DNA from: an uncultured cyanobacterium
GTDB taxonomy: Bacteria; Cyanobacteriota; Cyanobacteriia; Cyanobacteriales; Nostocaceae
Direction of reading: 5' to 3'
Length of the DNA: 64,000 nt
NCBI GenBank assembly: GCA_963740315.1
Contig: CAVUDP010000002.1
Coordinates: 960,001 to 1,024,000, forward strand
Below, piece by piece: positions 41,857-54,682 of the stretch (position 1 is the stretch's first letter; the number at the start of each line of letters is the position of its first letter). The notes beneath the pieces are model-generated. The model did not search any database. It saw only the letters and a program-made list of their open reading frames with translations, and had not been told where the DNA came from. Made by a program: the position numbers and the translations under genes.

Positions 41857-42777
41857 TTTAGAAAAGTTGAAAATTTAGCTAAAAACTTGACGCTAAGTTT
41901 AGTTGCGATCGCATTACTTGCTGCAATATAAATCATTAACGAAAAGCTTAAATCCTAAGCTTTTTTTTATATTTACATTGTGATTATTGTGAGTAAGATT
42001 AGTTTTGAATCGATTTAGATGTCAAATTCTCAAAAAATTACTCGATTTTCCTAAATGTGATTATTTTTAACAAACAGTGAATTTAACTCCGCTTCATGTG
42101 AAATCATTATTCCATAAGCTTTTGCATTAAAAACTTTTACCAACTACCGTCAAAATAATTTAGCGGCATTTGGGTAGAGTACTTAATTAACTTTTTTTTG
42201 TGAAGAAACCGAGTTTTTACTTAGGTGCGGAGCAAGCTAAAAAGCTTATAAATTATTGGTATACGAGCTTTTTGAGGTTTATAGATATTTTCACTCATAG
42301 TACTGAGAAAATATCTTTAACTCAGTGCTAATACTTAACATCTTTGAATAACCCTATTTTGATTTGAGAATTAACGTAGAAAGATTTACGTAATATATGC
42401 TCGTAACTCCCTTTCAATCCGGCTGTAGTCCGATTCTATATTGCTTGTGAATTTTTTCGGATGAAAGGCATATATATCAATTATTTTAGCTCTTTTTGTG
42501 TATTGTAACTAATTGTATATAAATAATTAAATAAAACCTATTATTAAGTTAATTTAAACATTGCTAGACTTTTGTAGATAATAGTGTCTTAAATAGTAAT
42601 TAACGAACTGTATTTCTAAGCAATAAACCGCGTTACAACTTCAGAGCTTTATCGTTTTGGTTGTAAGTTGGATATTAACGAGTAAAAATGACCATTCCAT
42701 TAAAACCCTTTGTCTGTCTGGGTAAAGGAAAGTGTTTGAGTCAAAAGTTTGAAATGAAACTATAAGAGGCAATTCAA

Positions 42778-43644
42778 GTGAGATTAGCAGTTTACGGAAA
42801 AGGCGGAATCGGTAAATCCACAACCAGTTGTAATATTTCTGTTGCCTTAGCCAAGCGTGGTAAAAAAGTTCTACAAATTGGCTGCGACCCCAAACATGAT
42901 AGTACTTTCACCTTGACAGGATTTCTGATTCCGACAATCATTGATACCTTGCAAGAAAAGGATTTTCATTACGAAGATATTTGGCCCGAAGATGTAATTT
43001 ATAAGGGCTATGGCGGAGTAGATTGTGTAGAAGCAGGCGGACCTCCAGCAGGTGCGGGATGTGGCGGTTACGTTGTTGGAGAAACCGTAAAACTACTCAA
43101 GGAACTCAACGCCTTTGATGAGTATGATGTAATATTGTTCGACGTTCTTGGTGACGTGGTTTGTGGTGGTTTTGCAGCACCGCTCAACTATGCCGATTAT
43201 TGTTTAATTGTTACTGACAACGGCTTTGATGCTTTATTTGCTGCTAACCGTATTGCCGCTTCCGTCAGAGAAAAAGCCCGGACTCATCCATTGCGATTGG
43301 CGGGTTTGATTGGCAACCGCACCTCAAAACGCGATTTAATTGAAAAATATATTGAATCCGTCCCCATGCCAGTTTTAGAAGTTCTACCTTTGATAGAAGA
43401 TATCCGTGTTTCCCGAGTCAAAGGTAAGACTTTGTTTGAAATGGCGGAGACAGAACCGGACTTAAACTTCGTTTGCGACTATTATCTCAGTATTGCCGAC
43501 CAGCTTTTGGCGCGTCCCGAGGGAGTAGTTCCACAGGATTGTCCAGACCGAGAACTGTTCTCATTGTTATCAGATTTTTATCTAAATCCGAGTAAACCAC
43601 AGGTTCCTAATCCCGAAGAGCAATTAGACTTGATGATTGTATAA
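42778..43644 (+). CDS. chlL: Dark-operative protochlorophyllide reductase Fe protein
   Basis: [39 protein letters not shown] start. Confidence 0.98.
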   Translation: MRLAVYGKGGIGKSTTSCNISVALAKRGKKVLQIGCDPKHDSTFTLTGFLIPTIIDTLQEKDFHYEDIWPEDVIYKGYGGVDCVEAGGPPAGAGCGGYVVGETVKLLKELNAFDEYDVILFDVLGDVVCGGFAAPLNYADYCLIVTDNGFDALFAANRIAASVREKARTHPLRLAGLIGNRTSKRDLIEKYIESVPMPVLEVLPLIEDIRVSRVKGKTLFEMAETEPDLNFVCDYYLSIADQLLARPEGVVPQDCPDRELFSLLSDFYLNPSKPQVPNPEEQLDLMIV

Positions 43645-43678
43645 ATCATTAGTTTATTTCTCAGGATGAGGAGATAAA

Positions 43679-44455
43679 ATGGCATTCTTTTATAGTTTCA
43701 CGGATTCCTTAAAGCAGAAGTGGTTGCAATTCTACGCCTCGAATCGCGACTGGATTAAATTACATATGGAGGTGGACTCGGTTTATACACCCGATGGTGG
43801 TAAACGCCCGTCTTCATACCTCATTCTGGGAGTAGCAAACGCCCTGGAACCGAAGTTAGCGCAGTTAATGCTGCCATTTTCCAAGTTGAATGCAGATGCG
43901 GATACTTTGATTGAAGTCCTCGATCTGCATTTTGACCCAGATAGCGCCCTTGGAGAACAGCCAATGCAGCCAGTATCCCAAGAGGAAGCAGAAACATCGG
44001 AATTCGCTGTAGATGAAAACGCAGACGAATTAAACGAAGTGGCTTCCCTTGAGGACGATTCTGAAGAAGTAGGAGCTTTTTCAGGCATGGATATGGATAA
44101 TGATGATTCCGATCGCGATTTGGTAGAAGAAGCCTGGGGTGGACAAGAGTTGGAAGAAAATTCGAGTAGCGAAGACAGCGGGTTGGATGACATCCAATCA
44201 GGTTTGGGAGATATTTCTCTAGGTGAGGAAGAATCGAATCACAACGAGTCCGAGCAAACCCCAAGTGCAGAATCTGAAGACGCTTTTGGCGATATTTCCT
44301 TTGACGAGTTCAAAGATGGCGATAGCACTGGCTTTGGTGATGCGCTAACAGATGTTTGGGGCGAAGAACAAAAAGATAACGAAATATTTTCAGGGGAAGA
44401 TATGACAGACGGTTCTGAGGATTCAGAAATAGCCCGTCTCTTCCCCAACAGCTAA
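43679..44455 (+). CDS. DUF5331-like protein with a long acidic tail
   Basis: LKQKWLQFY...RPSSYLILG N-terminal domain; D/E-rich C-terminal half; lies between chlL and chlN. Confidence 0.8.
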   Translation: MAFFYSFTDSLKQKWLQFYASNRDWIKLHMEVDSVYTPDGGKRPSSYLILGVANALEPKLAQLMLPFSKLNADADTLIEVLDLHFDPDSALGEQPMQPVSQEEAETSEFAVDENADELNEVASLEDDSEEVGAFSGMDMDNDDSDRDLVEEAWGGQELEENSSSEDSGLDDIQSGLGDISLGEEESNHNESEQTPSAESEDAFGDISFDEFKDGDSTGFGDALTDVWGEEQKDNEIFSGEDMTDGSEDSEIARLFPNS

Positions 44456-44462
44456 TAAAGTT

Positions 44463-44604
44463 GTAGAGACGTAGCACTGCTACGTCTGTCATGAGTCATG
44501 AGTTATGAGTTAAGAGTTAAGAGTTATAAATCTTGAATTTAATTCCTAACTCCTCACTCCTAACTCCTTACTTCCGTACAGACGTAGCAATGCTACGTCT
44601 CTAC
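44463..44604. repeat. Inverted pair of GTAG REP-like palindromes enclosing STRRs (REPIN-like)
   Basis: GTAGAGACGTAGCACTGCTACGTCT at 44463 and AGACGTAGCAATGCTACGTCTCTAC ending at 44604; third copy at 58994. Confidence 0.8.
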
Positions 44605-44632
44605 ACTTATTAATTCCTAACTAAAAAATTAA

Positions 44633-46048
<1,416 letters not shown>

Positions 46049-46075
46049 AATAAGGCTTCTTGAATTAATAAATAG

Positions 46076-46108
46076 AGAAACCCGGTTTTTTCAAAAAACC
46101 GGGTTTTT
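46076..46108 (+). terminator. Palindrome/terminator after chlN
   Basis: AAACCCGGTTTTTTCAAAAAACCGGGTTTTT. Confidence 0.65.
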
Positions 46109-46504
46109 CAACATCTTAAATACTAATACCAATTATTTATAAAATGTAAGGAAGTTACGTTTATCCAATATTTCCTTTTTTTAAATCAACATCTTCACCA
46201 CATAGAATAGAGTTTAAACCTAAATTTTTATAAGAATGATCATCGCATAGTTCAACATCTACAAACTTACCACCTAAAAATATTGATTTTGCAATATCTA
46301 TTGAGAATTAAGGTGATTTTAAGAATAGCTTGTATTATCAAAATATTACGTTAATTTTATTCTGTATTCTTTGATTCCTGGAGAGTAGCGAAAATTGATT
46401 AGGAATCAACAACAACGGTAAGAAGTATAGAAGGGTGTATGTATCGGATTGCTGTAGTGTGATTTGCGAGCGAGACTGTTTAATAAAGAGTGTCTAGCGT
46501 TGGC

Positions 46505-46738
46505 TTATCTAAATAGACCGACAATAAATATCAGCAACCTTAAAACACCTAAAATAGCTACCAAATTAAATGCTACAAGTAATGTAAAATAGATACTTTT
46601 TATTACATATCCGACGTAATTAAAATTATAACCTTCTGTTCTTTCTACCCAATCATAAAAATAAATTGAAGTTATCACAAAAAGACAGATAGTAATTGCA
46701 GGTAAGTAAATTTCAAGTGGTCTGGACATAATTAACAT
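46505..46738 (-). CDS. Small hypothetical membrane protein
   Basis: AT-rich ORF with two hydrophobic segments. Confidence 0.45.
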   Translation of the reverse strand: MLIMSRPLEIYLPAITICLFVITSIYFYDWVERTEGYNFNYVGYVIKSIYFTLLVAFNLVAILGVLRLLIFIVGLFR

Positions 46739-47235
46739 CTAAGTATAAGTAGCTGTTAATATACCACGGTATTTAAAGATGGGTTATAACTGTGAAGATA
46801 ATAAAACCATTTCCATTTTATTAGCGTTTAGACCGTTATCTAAGGATAGAGGTTTTTTAGTATTTACATATTACTTGACAAAATAGCAAAGTAGTATCTA
46901 AAATATTGAAGCACGGTTGTAATATGTCCTGTAACTATTACCGCGCACATACCCTGCTCAGCATGAGTTACTCTAATGCAGTGTACGCAGCATTCACAGA
47001 AATCTAGTTAATCTTATTCTTACTTACCTTAAATTTTAAGATATCTTAGAGAATTAATTGACAAATAGTGATACGTATTACAAGACTTAAAAACTATTCT
47101 TATTAATGGAAATCTTAACTATATAGCCTAAATACACCTGTACAAATTTGACTGATTCTTAGCCTACGGAGGTAGGCTTTGTTATTGTAGCCCCACCCTT
47201 CGAGGGTGAGGGCTTCAATGTTTTAGGCATTCAAA

Positions 47236-48228
47236 TCAAACAATCACTTCCTTATCCATCACCGATAACATCACCGATAAATCTGGAGAAACTTTTTCTA
47301 TCAAACCTAAATCCTTTAGCGCACGATCGAAAGTTTGTCCTTGTAAAATTCCATTTCCAATTTCTAACACTTGATTCCAGCTAATATCGCTTTCTAAATA
47401 AGCTTTCGCCACAGCATTTAGTAAACCTACATAATTATTCCCTTCAAGTTCGGTCATCATTGTATGAGGAATATCAAATAGTTTATCAAAACAGAAATAC
47501 CAAGATTTTGGCTGCTTTTTAATTACCGATTCAAACAAGGTTTTGAGATCGCTGCGATCGACAACTGCATCACTTTCGCTAGCGATAATAAACATCGGCG
47601 ATGATGGATGATTCTTGACTCGATCGAGTATTTCTTGACCCATATCTAAAAATAACCGCAATGCAGGTATTTTAAAGCCGTTATAGCCGAAATTACCCGG
47701 ATTATCTTTGTTTAACCATTCATAATATATGGGCAGAACTTCCACCGCAAAATCTACAACTGCATTTTTACTGCTTAAATAAGGAGAAAATAATAGAGTT
47801 TTTTCAATTTCTTGGTAGTATTCTAATGCCAACCAAGCAGCTAAAGTTCCACCGCTCGATAATCCTCCAATTATGACGCGATTACCTAACTTTTGAGCAG
47901 TTTGCAGCCATGAACGTGCATATTTTTGATAAACTTGAGGTTCTAACGGTAAAGGAGGAGGATTGTCACTATTAAAGTTTCCCGCGACTCCATGACCTGG
48001 TTGTAAAGGAATCAGAACGTTATAGCCAGCTTCAAATAAAGCTTTACCCAATGGCTCAAATTGGTAGGGACCTGCGGTAAATCCGTGAAAGAAAAGACAA
48101 ACTTTTTCAGTTGGATTGGGATGAAGAAAGAATTTGGAACCGCAATGTTCATTTTTTATTGGTAAAGTTTTTTCCAAACTTATAGCTTGGTCAATTATGG
48201 CTGCTGTAGTGGCAGAATAATCATGCAT
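47236..48228 (-). CDS. Alpha/beta hydrolase (carboxylesterase-like)
   Basis: FFHGFT oxyanion loop, GLSSG nucleophile elbow, candidate catalytic Asp (ESDAVV) and His (IPH). Confidence 0.88.
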   Translation of the reverse strand: MHDYSATTAAIIDQAISLEKTLPIKNEHCGSKFFLHPNPTEKVCLFFHGFTAGPYQFEPLGKALFEAGYNVLIPLQPGHGVAGNFNSDNPPPLPLEPQVYQKYARSWLQTAQKLGNRVIIGGLSSGGTLAAWLALEYYQEIEKTLLFSPYLSSKNAVVDFAVEVLPIYYEWLNKDNPGNFGYNGFKIPALRLFLDMGQEILDRVKNHPSSPMFIIASESDAVVDRSDLKTLFESVIKKQPKSWYFCFDKLFDIPHTMMTELEGNNYVGLLNAVAKAYLESDISWNQVLEIGNGILQGQTFDRALKDLGLIEKVSPDLSVMLSVMDKEVIV

Positions 48229-48493
48229 ATTGTTGATGTTTGAAATTTTCAAATAAATAACAAATTCTGAATTCGTTATATTTTAAGTAGCTTGAGTGAC
48301 TATCTTAAATATGTCTTGAGGAGGAAGATTGGATTCTATACGCTGGAATTATTTATAATCAGATTAGTGATTTGAATGACATTTTTTATAAAAAGCGTAG
48401 TAGATGGTAGCAATTCCACTTATGAGCTTCTCCCCAGGCAAGTTAAACTAAATCTGGTAACAGCCTTATAGAGGGTTTGTAAAGGGGCTTTTT

Positions 48494-49051
48494 ATGGCAG
48501 TAAACGTGCAAGAAATTGGCGCATATCTAGACCAACTGGGCTGGGACTATCGCATTGACGAGGAAGAAGAGCGTATTGTTACGGGTGTCGAAGGCGATAA
48601 TGTTGAAGATTTTTTGATTGTGGTTCAGTTGGATGAAGATGGAAAATTCTTCCGCGTGTTTGCACCTCAAGTGTTAAGTGGCGTGAAAGATCATCCGCAT
48701 AAGGCAGCAATCTTACAAACTATGTTAGTTATTTCTTGGGAAACCAAAATGCTGCAATGGGAATATGACCCCTCAGATGGTGAAATACGGGCGATTATTG
48801 AGTTTCCGATTGAAGATTCTACCCTTACTGAAAAACAATTTAATCGTTGCTTGAGTGCATTAATTCAACTTGTTGACAATGTAGCAATACCTCGTCTTCA
48901 GGAAGTGATGGAAACTGGTCATGACCCAGGTAATGTAGAAGTAGGCGAAAGACTGCTATTGAGCATTCAAGAACAAGCTCCTGGATTATTGGATCTGCTT
49001 GAAAAGGCAATGGAAGCTAGAAAAAAACGCGGAAGATTTCCTAACGAATAA
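48494..49051 (+). CDS. Conserved hypothetical protein (YbjN/T3SS-chaperone-like fold, tentative)
   Basis: 185-aa ORF; fold inferred from sequence pattern only. Confidence 0.7.
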   Translation: MAVNVQEIGAYLDQLGWDYRIDEEEERIVTGVEGDNVEDFLIVVQLDEDGKFFRVFAPQVLSGVKDHPHKAAILQTMLVISWETKMLQWEYDPSDGEIRAIIEFPIEDSTLTEKQFNRCLSALIQLVDNVAIPRLQEVMETGHDPGNVEVGERLLLSIQEQAPGLLDLLEKAMEARKKRGRFPNE

Positions 49052-49131
49052 AGTCGAATTGCTTATCATATAGCTATACTCCTTGTAGAGCAACCTCAAT
49101 ATATACTGAAGTTTTCTTAGTAAGTGATTTT

Positions 49132-49776
49132 ATGACATCTTACGCAACCTCTTCTGCTAAAGCAGAAATGAGCGAACTCCGGCGATTAAAAGGCTTATTA
49201 CCCCCAGAATTACAAAGCTGGGTTACGGTTGAAGGCACAACTGAAGTCAATCCAATTTTAGTTCGTAGCGAAGAAATCGGAAAAGACCAGGTAGAAATTC
49301 AAATCGATCTGGCAAAATGGGATGAATTGGCAATGGATCAGCGAAATCTGCTGTTCTGGCACGAAGTCGCTCGGATTCAAAACGATACTATCCCTAAAGA
49401 TGGTTGGGAAATGGCAGCCTTGGCGATCGGTTTGGGCGGCGCTGTAGGTGAATTGTGGGTACAAGATGGATTGCTATTGGTACTTGCATTAGCCTTATGC
49501 GGCGTTTCTGGCTGGCGATTGTTTCAGAAAAACAGTGGCGAAAAGCAAGCTAGAGAATTAATCGAAGCTGATGAGAAAGCTATTGCTTTAGCAACTCGCT
49601 TTGGTTACAGTTTGCCCAATGCCTATAAGAGTTTAGGTAGCGCTTTAAAAACTTTAATTGAAAAATCTCCTAACAAGCGCCAGAGGTCAAAATATGAAGC
49701 CCGACTTTCCGCACTTAAGCGCAGTGCTAACAAAGCAAAATCCAAAACTCGAAATATGGACGAAACCGGGTATTAA
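49132..49776 (+). CDS. DUF3318 family protein
   Basis: ELRRLKGLLPPEL, QRNLLFWHEVARIQ, two TM segments. Confidence 0.8.
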   Translation: MTSYATSSAKAEMSELRRLKGLLPPELQSWVTVEGTTEVNPILVRSEEIGKDQVEIQIDLAKWDELAMDQRNLLFWHEVARIQNDTIPKDGWEMAALAIGLGGAVGELWVQDGLLLVLALALCGVSGWRLFQKNSGEKQARELIEADEKAIALATRFGYSLPNAYKSLGSALKTLIEKSPNKRQRSKYEARLSALKRSANKAKSKTRNMDETGY

Positions 49777-50297
49777 AGCGCATCAAGTAGGGATGGGAAT
49801 GCCCACCTTAAATACAGGGGCAGGCTTTTAGGCGTTCGCGTAGGCAGTAGCCTGCCCATTTTTTCCCCATAATATAAATTTATTAAAATTACACTAAAAT
49901 TACACCGTTACAAACAAAAACACGCAGGCGGAAAAAAATTATTTTTTTATACTTAAAGGTATACCTGTTTACTTTGTATCTAAGAAGTATTTCTTATTTA
50001 TTACTAACTTTTAATCAAATTCTCGCTAAAAAGTTGAATCTTACTTTTAATTTTTCCCAGATTAACTCATCAAAATTTCAACCATAATTTTATCGTTTGT
50101 TGACTTAACTACATCGATCCTAATAGTTTACAAAAACTTCTTTTTGTCTTAGCAATATCTTCATAAAATAGTATTTAGAAGCAAGATGTGGAATTATTTG
50201 AAACTTTGTTTATTTAACTACATAAACTCGAAATAGGCTTGCTATAAAGGTTCAATATATTATGCCTGCGTGAATTGACTGTAGTGCCAAGTATAAA

Positions 50298-51095
50298 TCA
50301 CAACTGGTTAATCATTTTGTGAGTTTGGGGTATGACGCGGACTGATTTAAGGAAATTTTTCATCAAAGCCTGCCAATCTATAACTTGCTTGGGAGTTGGA
50401 GCAAGCACCGGACGATCGCTTAATTGTTCGTTCGAGTTTAGTGGCGTGACGGGCTGTAGAAAGACTGGTATTGTTGGATTTACGAATGCTATTAACTCAG
50501 CAGAACGTTTCAATTCGGCGAGGTCAGTATCTTGAGAAATAATGATTTTAACAAAGACTTCGATTCGAGCGTCATAGCATAATTTGAGAAAATTTTCGTG
50601 TTCTTGCCAACGGCTTTCACCACTAACACTAGGTAGCTTTAAGTCCATGCCTACAGAGTCTAAGTAAGGTAGAATCATAGCGAGTTGTTCCGGGAGATGT
50701 CCCCCAGATTCAAGGTATATAGGTAAACCAGTGGTTAAGCGGACTTGTGGTAAGAATTTTGATAAAAACCTGGCATGGAGTAAAGGCTCACCTCCAGTTA
50801 GGCTAATGCTATCGTGTAAGCGAGGTATATTTTGCCGCTCTACCCATTTGATTAAGATGGGTAATGAAATAGGATTTGGGCAAATTTCAAAATCGCGATA
50901 CCCAGGGGTTTGCTCAATTCTACAAGTGGCGGGTGCATTCCAAGTATGAGCGCTATCGCAAAAGTGGCAGCGCAAGTCACAAAAGGCAAAACGAATAAAA
51001 ATTTGACGTGTTCCGACATTCAGTCCTTCCCCTTGAATTGCGGAAAAGACTTCTATCAGGCGTGCGTTCTCGCGATCGGCAGTTATGGTAGTCAT
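50298..51095 (-). CDS. queE: 7-carboxy-7-deazaguanine synthase (radical SAM)
   Basis: EVFSAIQGEG, CDLRCHFCDS, TGGEPLL, PQTHK. Confidence 0.92.
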   Translation of the reverse strand: MTTITADRENARLIEVFSAIQGEGLNVGTRQIFIRFAFCDLRCHFCDSAHTWNAPATCRIEQTPGYRDFEICPNPISLPILIKWVERQNIPRLHDSISLTGGEPLLHARFLSKFLPQVRLTTGLPIYLESGGHLPEQLAMILPYLDSVGMDLKLPSVSGESRWQEHENFLKLCYDARIEVFVKIIISQDTDLAELKRSAELIAFVNPTIPVFLQPVTPLNSNEQLSDRPVLAPTPKQVIDWQALMKNFLKSVRVIPQTHKMINQL

Positions 51096-51416
51096 AAGAC
51101 GAATGGCAACGTATATGCGCTATGGCGACACGATAACAGAAGTTTTTAAGCAAATTTCAATTATGAAGTCTGATTTTTGGTTTATCCTCAAATTTAGTAG
51201 CTTTATACAGCTTGTTGCAGGGGAAAATTTATGTTTCAGACTTTATACTTGATACTTACCGACTTTAGTTGACTTCTTGTTCTATTGTGAACCGAATCTG
51301 ACAATATTTGATTTCAACATAATAAAAGGGCAAGTAATTACTCCTTAAGAGCTAATAAACAGTCATTTGTTTCAAACGTTCCTAGGACTAAATAATGTAG
51401 GTATTAAAACATTGAT

Positions 51417-52445
51417 ATGGCAATTAAAGTGCAGAGTTTCATGAGTAACCAACCTACAGAGGGAAATTTTCCGGTTACATTATTAGAAGACACGATTTTC
51501 GTACAGGTAAGCGTCCGTTTAAGCGTGCTTGAAGCTTTAGTTTTTAAGCAAACCTGTGAAGAACTAATTGCAGCAAATTCAACTCTAAAAAAAATTATTA
51601 TTGATTTTGCACAGACTACTTTTATGGATAGTAGTGGTTTGGGTGCTTTAGTTAGTAATTATAAGAATGCCCAAGAAAAAGGAATTGAATTAGTACTACA
51701 AAATGTTACCCCACAAGTAATGGCGGTACTCAACCTTACGGGTTTAGTAGATGTTTTTACTATTGAAGAAGGAGAATTTGTACCCCCATCAACTCATACT
51801 CGCCGAGGAGAAGAACAATTACCAGAAACTCACCCTTCTGTACGTTCTTTGACGAAACGGTTTATTGATATTGTCGGGGCATTAGTGGGTTTGGTAATTA
51901 CAGGTATATTATCTATTCCGATTATTACTGCCATCACGATCGACGATCCCGGTCCAATTTTCTTCGGTCAAACCCGTTGTGGTTGGATGGGTAAGCATTT
52001 TAAAATGTGGAAATTCCGCTCGATGTGCGTTGATGCGGAAGCTAAAAAAGCCGAACTCCAAAGGCTTAATCAAGTTCAAGGCGCATTTTTTAAGATAGAT
52101 AATGACCCTAGAGTTACCCAGGTAGGTCGATTGTTGCGGCGCACTAGTTTGGATGAACTACCGCAATTTTGGAATGTTCTCAAAGGAGAAATGAGTTTAG
52201 TTGGAACACGTCCACCTACACCCGATGAAGTTGGATGTTACGAAGTACCTGAGTGGCAACGCTTGGATGTCAAACCGGGTATGACCGGAGAATGGCAAGT
52301 AAACGGACGTTCAAGTATTCGTAATTTTGAGGATGTAATTCGCCTTGATTTAGAGTATCAAAAGAATTGGAACTTAATGTACGATTTGAAGCTTATTTTT
52401 AAAACAGTTACGATCTTATTCAATAAAAGCAGTGGTGCTATGTAA
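51417..52445 (+). CDS. STAS (anti-sigma antagonist) domain fused to a priming sugar transferase
   Basis: [10 protein letters not shown] (STAS); [32 protein letters not shown] (bacterial sugar transferase). Confidence 0.92.
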   Translation: MAIKVQSFMSNQPTEGNFPVTLLEDTIFVQVSVRLSVLEALVFKQTCEELIAANSTLKKIIIDFAQTTFMDSSGLGALVSNYKNAQEKGIELVLQNVTPQVMAVLNLTGLVDVFTIEEGEFVPPSTHTRRGEEQLPETHPSVRSLTKRFIDIVGALVGLVITGILSIPIITAITIDDPGPIFFGQTRCGWMGKHFKMWKFRSMCVDAEAKKAELQRLNQVQGAFFKIDNDPRVTQVGRLLRRTSLDELPQFWNVLKGEMSLVGTRPPTPDEVGCYEVPEWQRLDVKPGMTGEWQVNGRSSIRNFEDVIRLDLEYQKNWNLMYDLKLIFKTVTILFNKSSGAM

Positions 52446-53261
52446 TTAATAACTCTACTTAGTTTAAAGTCTATTGGCAACAAGTTTTAACAATGAGAGG
52501 TTATGATGGTGATTTTATCCATTTAAACCTCTTTTTGAATTTTTGGAATTTCATCAAATTTAATCTTAAAAATAAGTAGTCAAGCAAAATTATTTAGGTT
52601 ATTTGGTACAAGGGAGTATTGAAGAAGGGCGCTATTGATAAATGCACCACTACAGAGCGAAAATCCTGACATAGTAATTATCTCAGCTATTTTGGCTCAA
52701 ACTTTAATCCATTATTTATATATTTACCGCTCAGCTATATAACAGTTATCTACTCCCTATTCGTTACCTAAATAAAACTAAACAATATTTTTAATTAACT
52801 TTGTACAATAATTCCCGCCTTTCAAAGTAGATGAGGGTAAAAATAGTCACAAATAATATTAGTAATTATGTCTAAAGTAAGCTTTAAAAAGAAAAACTAA
52901 TTGTCTTTTTTTAATATTTAATTTTCTCCGTCCAGAATTTATAAACATCCGCGATCGCACGGTTTACAAAAAGCAATAGGGATCGCGGATAGTTGGTGAT
53001 AAATATCGATCGCGTATTAGCTTACGTATTGCTGCCATACAGTATTTTTTAGCTAAGCAGCGCCCTCGTTAATAGATAACATTGAATTTACAGTGCTTAC
53101 CGTAGGCAGCATTAAATTTTACTCAATCTTTAAACAAAATAGACTGACGTTAAAAGATATTACAAGCAAAATAAAATACAAGCGCTTTTTTAGTGCGGAA
53201 CGATTTTACAAATAAATGTTGTCATTAAAATAATCCGCCAGGGTTTTCCTGAATTAATACT

Positions 53262-54533
53262 ATGAAAATTTTAGTTTACTCTTACAATTATCATCCAGAA
53301 CCAATTGGTATAGCTCCTTTGATGACTGAATTGGCAGAGGGATTGGTTAAACGGGGACACCAAGTACGTGTCGTTACTGCTATGCCTAACTACCCAGAGC
53401 GTAAAATTTATCAAGACTATCGTGGCAAGTTCTATCTAACAGAATATAAAAATGGCGTAAAAATCCAAAGAAGCTATGTTTGGATTCGTCCCCAACCTAA
53501 TCTGCTAGATAGGGTGATGCTGGATGCAAGTTTTGTTTTTACGAGTTTTATACCCGCCTTGTTCGGCTGGCGACCCGATGTAATTCTTACTACATCGCCA
53601 TCCTTACCAGTTTGTCTACCTAGTGCGCTTTTAGGATGGCTACACAGATGTCCGGTGATTTTGAATCTACAAGATATATTACCAGAAGCTGCGGTTCATG
53701 TTGGATTGTTAAAAAACAAATCCTTGATTCGCATATTTTCGATTTTAGAAAAATTTGCTTATCACTCTGCCGATAAAATTAGCGTTATCGCCGATGGGTT
53801 TGTTGATAATTTGGTGTCTAAGAATGTAGCGCCCGATAAAATCGTGCAAATTCCCAATTGGGTGGATGTGAATTTTATTCGCCCTATGCCAAAAGAAACT
53901 AATGCTTTTCGCGCCGAACATAAATTAGATAATAAATTTGTAGTTCTATATTCGGGTAATATTGCCCTGACTCAAGGTTTAGAAACAGTAGTAAAAGCTG
54001 CTTCAAATTTACGACATATTCCAGATATTGCTTTTGTAATTGTTGGCGAAGCTAAGGGTTTACAGCGACTTCAGGAGGAATGTAACAAATGCGGTGCAGA
54101 TAACGTACTGCTTTTACCTTTCCAACCACGCTCCCGTTTACCAGAAATGTTGGCTGCTGCTGATGTGGGATTGGTGGTACAAAAGAAAAATGTGATTTCT
54201 TTCAATATGCCATCGAAAATTCAAGTTTTACTTGCTAGCGGTAGGGCAATAGTAGCATCCGTTCCCGATAACGGTACGGCTGCAAGGGCTATTCGGCAAA
54301 GTGGCGGCGGTGCGATTGTTGCTCCAGAAGATCCATCCGCTTTAGCTAATGCTGTTTTGGATTTGTACGAGCATCCCGAAAAAGTTAAAACTTTAGGTTA
54401 CAACAGTCGCAAATATGCCGTTGAGCAATATGCTTTCGAGCAAGCTTTGAATAATTACGAGTCGTTATTTGAATCGGTGAAAGAGAATAATTCCGCAATT
54501 GAGACTAGGGTTGTGTCTAAGCAGGAAGTGTAA
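53262..54533 (+). CDS. Glycosyltransferase family 4 (WcaI-like)
   Basis: YNYHPEPIGIA, LYSGNI, NMPSKI. Confidence 0.9.
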   Translation: MKILVYSYNYHPEPIGIAPLMTELAEGLVKRGHQVRVVTAMPNYPERKIYQDYRGKFYLTEYKNGVKIQRSYVWIRPQPNLLDRVMLDASFVFTSFIPALFGWRPDVILTTSPSLPVCLPSALLGWLHRCPVILNLQDILPEAAVHVGLLKNKSLIRIFSILEKFAYHSADKISVIADGFVDNLVSKNVAPDKIVQIPNWVDVNFIRPMPKETNAFRAEHKLDNKFVVLYSGNIALTQGLETVVKAASNLRHIPDIAFVIVGEAKGLQRLQEECNKCGADNVLLLPFQPRSRLPEMLAAADVGLVVQKKNVISFNMPSKIQVLLASGRAIVASVPDNGTAARAIRQSGGGAIVAPEDPSALANAVLDLYEHPEKVKTLGYNSRKYAVEQYAFEQALNNYESLFESVKENNSAIETRVVSKQEV

Positions 54534-54580
54534 TTCACTTTTTTTAATTTTTCGGTCATATATGTAAACTATAGAAATTC

Positions 54581-54613
54581 AACCCCACCTTTCGAGGATG
54601 GGGTTAATTTTTT
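54581..54613 (+). terminator. Hairpin/terminator after the glycosyltransferase gene
   Basis: AACCCCA...TGGGGTT followed by T-run. Confidence 0.55.
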
Positions 54614-54682
54614 GCAAAGCTTTGTAATTTATCGCAAAAGTCTTAAACGAAAAGTTCGTTACAATAAAGTTATGACCGTTTT

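Noticed and set aside
42376..42389. GTA-N8-TAC NtcA-like site upstream of chlL
   Set aside because: There is no correctly spaced -10 box, and such matches are expected by chance in AT-rich intergenic DNA.
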